Source of the DNA: Patescibacteria group bacterium UBA1396
GTDB taxonomy: Bacteria; Patescibacteriota; Microgenomatia; UBA1400; UBA1396
Length of the DNA stretch: 63,920 bases
NCBI GenBank assembly: GCA_002305195.1
Contig: DBQK01000009.1
Span: forward strand, 61,575 to 125,494
Reading direction: 5' to 3'
The first letter of the stretch is position 1. Each line of letters opens with the position of its first letter. Under the pieces are notes generated by a model that was given only the letters and a program-made list of their open reading frames with translations, was not told the origin of the DNA and searched no databases. The position numbers and the translations under genes were made by a program. Below are positions 59,677-63,920 of this stretch, piece by piece.

Positions 59677-60783
59677 TCATGAAAGGAGGCGCTTTTGCCG
59701 CAACTGTTGTCCAAGATGGATAACGATACCAATTGCTAGGAAAATCTCACTTAGCTCCTCCCAACCTTGATATTTCCAGGGCCCGTGGTGTTCACGTAAC
59801 CACACATAGAGTGAAATCATCGCAAAGTTAAAGAACAGATAGCCGCTGGGAGTAATTAGATTGATAAAGCGATTACAATAGTCTTTTTTAGGTAGAATAT
59901 CCCTTAGACTCCATCTAACCAACCATAAAGACATACCATAAATACCGATCAGTAAGTAAGCCAGATAAACATATGGCCAAACAATATCTGAGTTATGAAT
60001 ATTAACCTCTGATTGTCGATTAATAATGGCAATTGATTCAGGAGTTTCAAAACCGATTATTCGCTGTCCCCAAGAAATTTCTTCTGCTCCAACAAGCATC
60101 AGCGCTGCCCCAGCCAGTATAAATAATCCCTGAAATACTCGTTGAAGCCAGAGGGATTTTGCCCAGTATTTTGGTTGTCGGCTTAACAGAATGGCCAATA
60201 TGGCAGCCACAAAATAGCTAATGGCAGTCAGATTTTCTACTAAACCATCTTCACTTGTGTAATTTTTGTAAAGTTCTGGTTCAATGTAGTAAGTCATAAG
60301 AGCAGCGAACATAATCGCCAGACAGCTATAAAAATACACAACGGGAGCCTGTCTTTTTAGCCAAGCAAAGTCCACATGAATAAATCCAAATAGAGCGACT
60401 ATTATTGCCAACGGGAAAATACCCAAATAGTGAAAACCAAAATTAGTGAAAAAATAGTTAGGGTACAAAGGACCATATTCTTCAAATAAAAACAAGAAGG
60501 CTGGTAAGATGCCAAGGACAGGGACGATAAACCCCAGATTAATTTTGGCAAATGATTCCGAGAGTGACTGTTTAAATTTCAACCTTATAATTAAATGTAT
60601 TGCACCAATAATTGTAGCTAGGCAAAGAGGAGAAATACCTAGGTTATTTTTAACAGCTCCAAAATAAATGAGAACATCAATTAAGCCAATCAGTAGTACT
60701 CCAAGGTAAGAAAATTTTAAAAATAGTGGCCAAATAATTTGCCGTGACCACACTTTTTTCAAAGAAAATTTATCTTGTAACAT
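59677..60783 (-). CDS. Multi-pass membrane protein, last gene of the VTC operon
   Basis: SEDGLVE and EEISWGQRIIGFETPE...N.HN motifs; 2 bp from the upstream gene. Confidence 0.7.
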   Translation of the reverse strand: MLQDKFSLKKVWSRQIIWPLFLKFSYLGVLLIGLIDVLIYFGAVKNNLGISPLCLATIIGAIHLIIRLKFKQSLSESFAKINLGFIVPVLGILPAFLFLFEEYGPLYPNYFFTNFGFHYLGIFPLAIIVALFGFIHVDFAWLKRQAPVVYFYSCLAIMFAALMTYYIEPELYKNYTSEDGLVENLTAISYFVAAILAILLSRQPKYWAKSLWLQRVFQGLFILAGAALMLVGAEEISWGQRIIGFETPESIAIINRQSEVNIHNSDIVWPYVYLAYLLIGIYGMSLWLVRWSLRDILPKKDYCNRFINLITPSGYLFFNFAMISLYVWLREHHGPWKYQGWEELSEIFLAIGIVIHLGQQLRQKRLLS

Positions 60784-60785
60784 AG

Positions 60786-61478
60786 CTAAACCAACGGTTG
60801 GTACTGCAGAAGTGAAAAGCGAGCATCTTTGTATTTTGTTTGAAAAAGTTGTTGCAGTTTTTCTAAAGCATCCGTCGATTGAGGTTTAATCAAAAACATC
60901 ATAACCTGTTGTTCGTCTTGATTTAAACGAACTAGAGTAATTTTTTGACAATATGGTTGCATTTCTTCCACAACCTGATTAAGTGACCGTGGCTTTTGAA
61001 AAACTATTTCCAGATGAAGTGAGTCTCGATCAGTAAAAACTCGACTAAAAGGTTGGCGCAACACAGCTTGCCCTAAAACCAACAACAAGATAACAGCCAA
61101 AAAGATTAGTGTAATAATCGGTTGGCCGGCACCAAAACCCAAACCCAAGGCAATTGCCAAAAAAATAAAGGCCAGCTCTTCTGGATCTTTAATTGCCGAA
61201 CGGAAACGAACAATCGATAAAGCACCTACTAGTCCCAGAGACAGCGCTAGTGAAGATTGAATAATCGAGATAATTAGCATCGTGGTGACTGACATTAAAG
61301 GCAAGATTGCTGCGAGGCGTCCGCGATTAGATAGTGAGTTGCCGGTGTAGTAATACACCAAAGAAACCAAGCTACTGCTCAAAATTAAAATCAGCGCTAG
61401 TATCAAGGTTTGTTGCGGATCAAAAGATCCCGATACTTCAAAATATGAACGTAGGGTTTCCAGTTGCATAACTCGCAT
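60786..61478 (-). CDS. DUF4956 membrane protein
   Basis: SLALSLGLVGALSIVRFRSAIKDPEEL. Confidence 0.88.
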   Translation of the reverse strand: MRVMQLETLRSYFEVSGSFDPQQTLILALILILSSSLVSLVYYYTGNSLSNRGRLAAILPLMSVTTMLIISIIQSSLALSLGLVGALSIVRFRSAIKDPEELAFIFLAIALGLGFGAGQPIITLIFLAVILLLVLGQAVLRQPFSRVFTDRDSLHLEIVFQKPRSLNQVVEEMQPYCQKITLVRLNQDEQQVMMFLIKPQSTDALEKLQQLFQTKYKDARFSLLQYQPLV

Positions 61479-61503
61479 CAGTATAGCATTTGTTTTGTTG
61501 TGG

Positions 61504-63144
61504 CTAAGGGATATTGTGACTATTTTTTATAAACTCTTGAGTGTGATCTTGGAAAGCAGCAGTGCGAGTCCGCAAGAAATCTTTTAACAATTCCACTTGA
61601 CCTTCCCATTCTGTTAAAGAATCGACACTGTCTACACCATCTTGAGCCGCTTCTTTACCCCACCTTTCAATGTGACGGGACATCTCCGGACGAATTTCGG
61701 CGGCTAGAGCCTCAGCAGTTTGGACCAGATTACGCTGTGATAATACATTTGCTGTTAACTCATTTAATCGTGCTTGCCAGTGTTGTTGGAAAGTTTGGTT
61801 AAAGAACATATTACGAAATGGAAAAGCGTGGTCTTCAAAGTTGGTATAAGGGTTGTTGTTTGCCACCTTAATCATCTTTTCTGTACTATCACGACCAGCA
61901 CCAAAACCAACATCGACATCAAAAAGAAGCCAGCGAAACCGGCCGTCTAATTCTGGCTGAAGTTGCGATTCAACCGGCTGATTTGTTGGGCTACGATAGC
62001 GCCAGGCTTTAGTATTGTTATATGGCCAGTCGGCATTGGCAAAAAAGAACTCAAAGAGAAAGTAATCGATTAAGTTGTTAGTATCGACTAGACGATCTAA
62101 GTGATTGAAATCTACACAGTCACGACACCTGCGAATATCAGATAAAAGTTGATTATAAAGATCGGCATCTGCCTGAGACTTTTTGGAATCTGAGATAGCT
62201 TGACCGCGTTTTTCGGCATTATTTAACGGTACTTCTACAATCGACAACAATTCAGGATCAACTTGATATTTTTCCGAGAAATAAGTTTCGTCAAATCTTT
62301 CACGTAAATAATATAACCCCCAATACTGGCCGTTAAGATAAAGAACAACTGGTCTAGCTGATTGTGTATCCAAATTAGAGTCGCTTTGCTGAACTAGCTC
62401 ACTCGCCAAACGATCCCTCATAAAAGTATGTGCCATATCACTACTGCTGTTGCGTAGGACGAATGAAGAATGCTGACGATTACCAGCTTCACCAAATAAT
62501 GGGTAAGTAAGTTTTACTTCCCTACCTTGCTCATCCCGCACATAAATGCGGAAGGCTTTCTGTGGCATTCCACGCATTGCATTGCCGTGTAATCTAAGTC
62601 CAATTAGACGTTCAAAACCCAACTTTTGATCTGGTTCATACCAGCGCATCCAAGCCGACCTTTCCCAATCAGATCCAGTTTGACGATAGTTATTGTGATT
62701 ACCCTCAACATAAATACCGATCTCATCATCCCAGAGTGATTCTGGAGGCAAATTGATTGACACAATCGGCATATTGTGTTTGGCGTTAATGAAAAAATCG
62801 TGAGACTGAATATTTGTTTGTAAGTTATCGTCAATAAACACAGCTGTTTGTAAAATTGCACTTTGAGAGACATCGAATGGCTGAGTATATATGGGAGAAT
62901 TGTTGGTCGGAATTGTACCGTCGAGGGTGTAATGAATTTGACCTCTTAGCGGTGAACTCAAACTTACCTTGACAGGTTGGTAAAAGAAATTTTCACTAGG
63001 GGTGACAGAGATTGGCCGATTAAGAATAGATCGTAACAACCAGTTTGGTCGCCAAATTACCATTCCAAAAACAAAAAGAGTTGCCATTAACAATCCTGCC
63101 AACCAAAACTTCAACCTGGGAGTTTTGACTTGGTAAAGGATCAT
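61504..63144 (-). CDS. CotH-family secreted kinase with Fn3/chitobiase-like repeat
   Basis: N-terminal TM; HYTLDGTIP; LRLHGN..R..PQK; NGQYWGLY; DWPYNN; WLLFDVD. Confidence 0.88.
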   Translation of the reverse strand: MILYQVKTPRLKFWLAGLLMATLFVFGMVIWRPNWLLRSILNRPISVTPSENFFYQPVKVSLSSPLRGQIHYTLDGTIPTNNSPIYTQPFDVSQSAILQTAVFIDDNLQTNIQSHDFFINAKHNMPIVSINLPPESLWDDEIGIYVEGNHNNYRQTGSDWERSAWMRWYEPDQKLGFERLIGLRLHGNAMRGMPQKAFRIYVRDEQGREVKLTYPLFGEAGNRQHSSFVLRNSSSDMAHTFMRDRLASELVQQSDSNLDTQSARPVVLYLNGQYWGLYYLRERFDETYFSEKYQVDPELLSIVEVPLNNAEKRGQAISDSKKSQADADLYNQLLSDIRRCRDCVDFNHLDRLVDTNNLIDYFLFEFFFANADWPYNNTKAWRYRSPTNQPVESQLQPELDGRFRWLLFDVDVGFGAGRDSTEKMIKVANNNPYTNFEDHAFPFRNMFFNQTFQQHWQARLNELTANVLSQRNLVQTAEALAAEIRPEMSRHIERWGKEAAQDGVDSVDSLTEWEGQVELLKDFLRTRTAAFQDHTQEFIKNSHNIP

Positions 63145-63151
63145 AGTGTTA

Positions 63152-63835
63152 TTAGTATACGTTGTTGGGAAAACACTGCTGCATGCCCATCACAAATTTT
63201 GATGATCTGCTAATCTGAAGTGGAATTTTTTGAGAAATTTTACCTAAATAAAGATCCTGTTCTATAGCGTATTTCGCTTCAAGAATGGTAAATGGTAGTT
63301 GATGAGTGTCATAGTTTTGTTGCCAACTATCAATAGTGGCAAATTTTAAGTCTGAATCAATAGTAAGGCGATAAGGAACTTGATTGGAGATATAGTATCG
63401 TCGTTGATAATGATTCACTATAGCTGGTAAAAGTACTTTGCTTTCAGGCAGGTGCGATTCAAGTTGCTCTTGAACTAGGCTGGTTAGATTTGATAATGTT
63501 AATGACGTAATTTTAATGTTAAATGGGTAGATTATTTTTTTCAAAACTTCACCTAGTCTTTGTTTGATCTCAATTTGAAAATTATCTAGCTGGCCATGAT
63601 GTTCATACCAACGAACTCTAATCTTTATCCTTCGTTGATGGCCAAGTAAATTCTGTTGGAAATATTCTTTTGTTGGTGTATCAAAATACAGCGACCATAC
63701 CTCTCTTGGATAAAAAACTGGGCTAAACATATTTGATTGAAGCAAAATTGATTTCTCGATTTGCCAGGGTGAAGCAAGATTACTGAGATACTTTCTCTCA
63801 TATCTATAAGCCGTTTGTGGTGGGTTTAAGATCAT
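63152..63835 (-). CDS. VTC-domain (CYTH/TTM) polyphosphate polymerase-like protein
   Basis: RYERKY, SLYFDT, KIRVRWY, EIK, RLTID, LEAKY, SKF. Confidence 0.9.
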   Translation of the reverse strand: MILNPPQTAYRYERKYLSNLASPWQIEKSILLQSNMFSPVFYPREVWSLYFDTPTKEYFQQNLLGHQRRIKIRVRWYEHHGQLDNFQIEIKQRLGEVLKKIIYPFNIKITSLTLSNLTSLVQEQLESHLPESKVLLPAIVNHYQRRYYISNQVPYRLTIDSDLKFATIDSWQQNYDTHQLPFTILEAKYAIEQDLYLGKISQKIPLQISRSSKFVMGMQQCFPNNVY

Positions 63836-63920
63836 TTCCTGTTTAGTATACGCATCCTATTGATCAAGCGCACTCTAATTTTAAAACTTTTTATTTTAAA
63901 GACATCTTGTTTGCTATACT

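Overview
Housekeeping-rich segment of a reduced bacterial chromosome. The gene families, short intergenic spacers and standard code 11 point to Patescibacteria/CPR, probably Microgenomates; this is inference, not a database result. About 60 CDS cover replication and topology, translation, stress and metal handling, and cell-surface building. No rRNA, tRNA, CRISPR or IS element was recognised. The most interesting signals are not in the ORF track. (1) The 1.1 kb gap before the Xer gene holds a near-symmetric 28 bp dif-like site (11-TGTATA-11). Copies of its arm lie over the xer promoter, two inverted perfect DnaA boxes flank the gap, and at least 8 GGGNAGGG (KOPS-like) octamers all point at it. 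Together these suggest a single-recombinase chromosome terminus next to gyrBA. (2) trpS is preceded by a complete T-box riboswitch with an ultrashort Stem I, a UGG specifier and a transcriptional terminator. (3) Also present: a CIRCE element before hsp20, a VTC-CotH-DUF4956 operon, a candidate iota-carbonic anhydrase, a fungal-type trehalose phosphorylase, a stalked sortase and a possible B12-scavenging pair.
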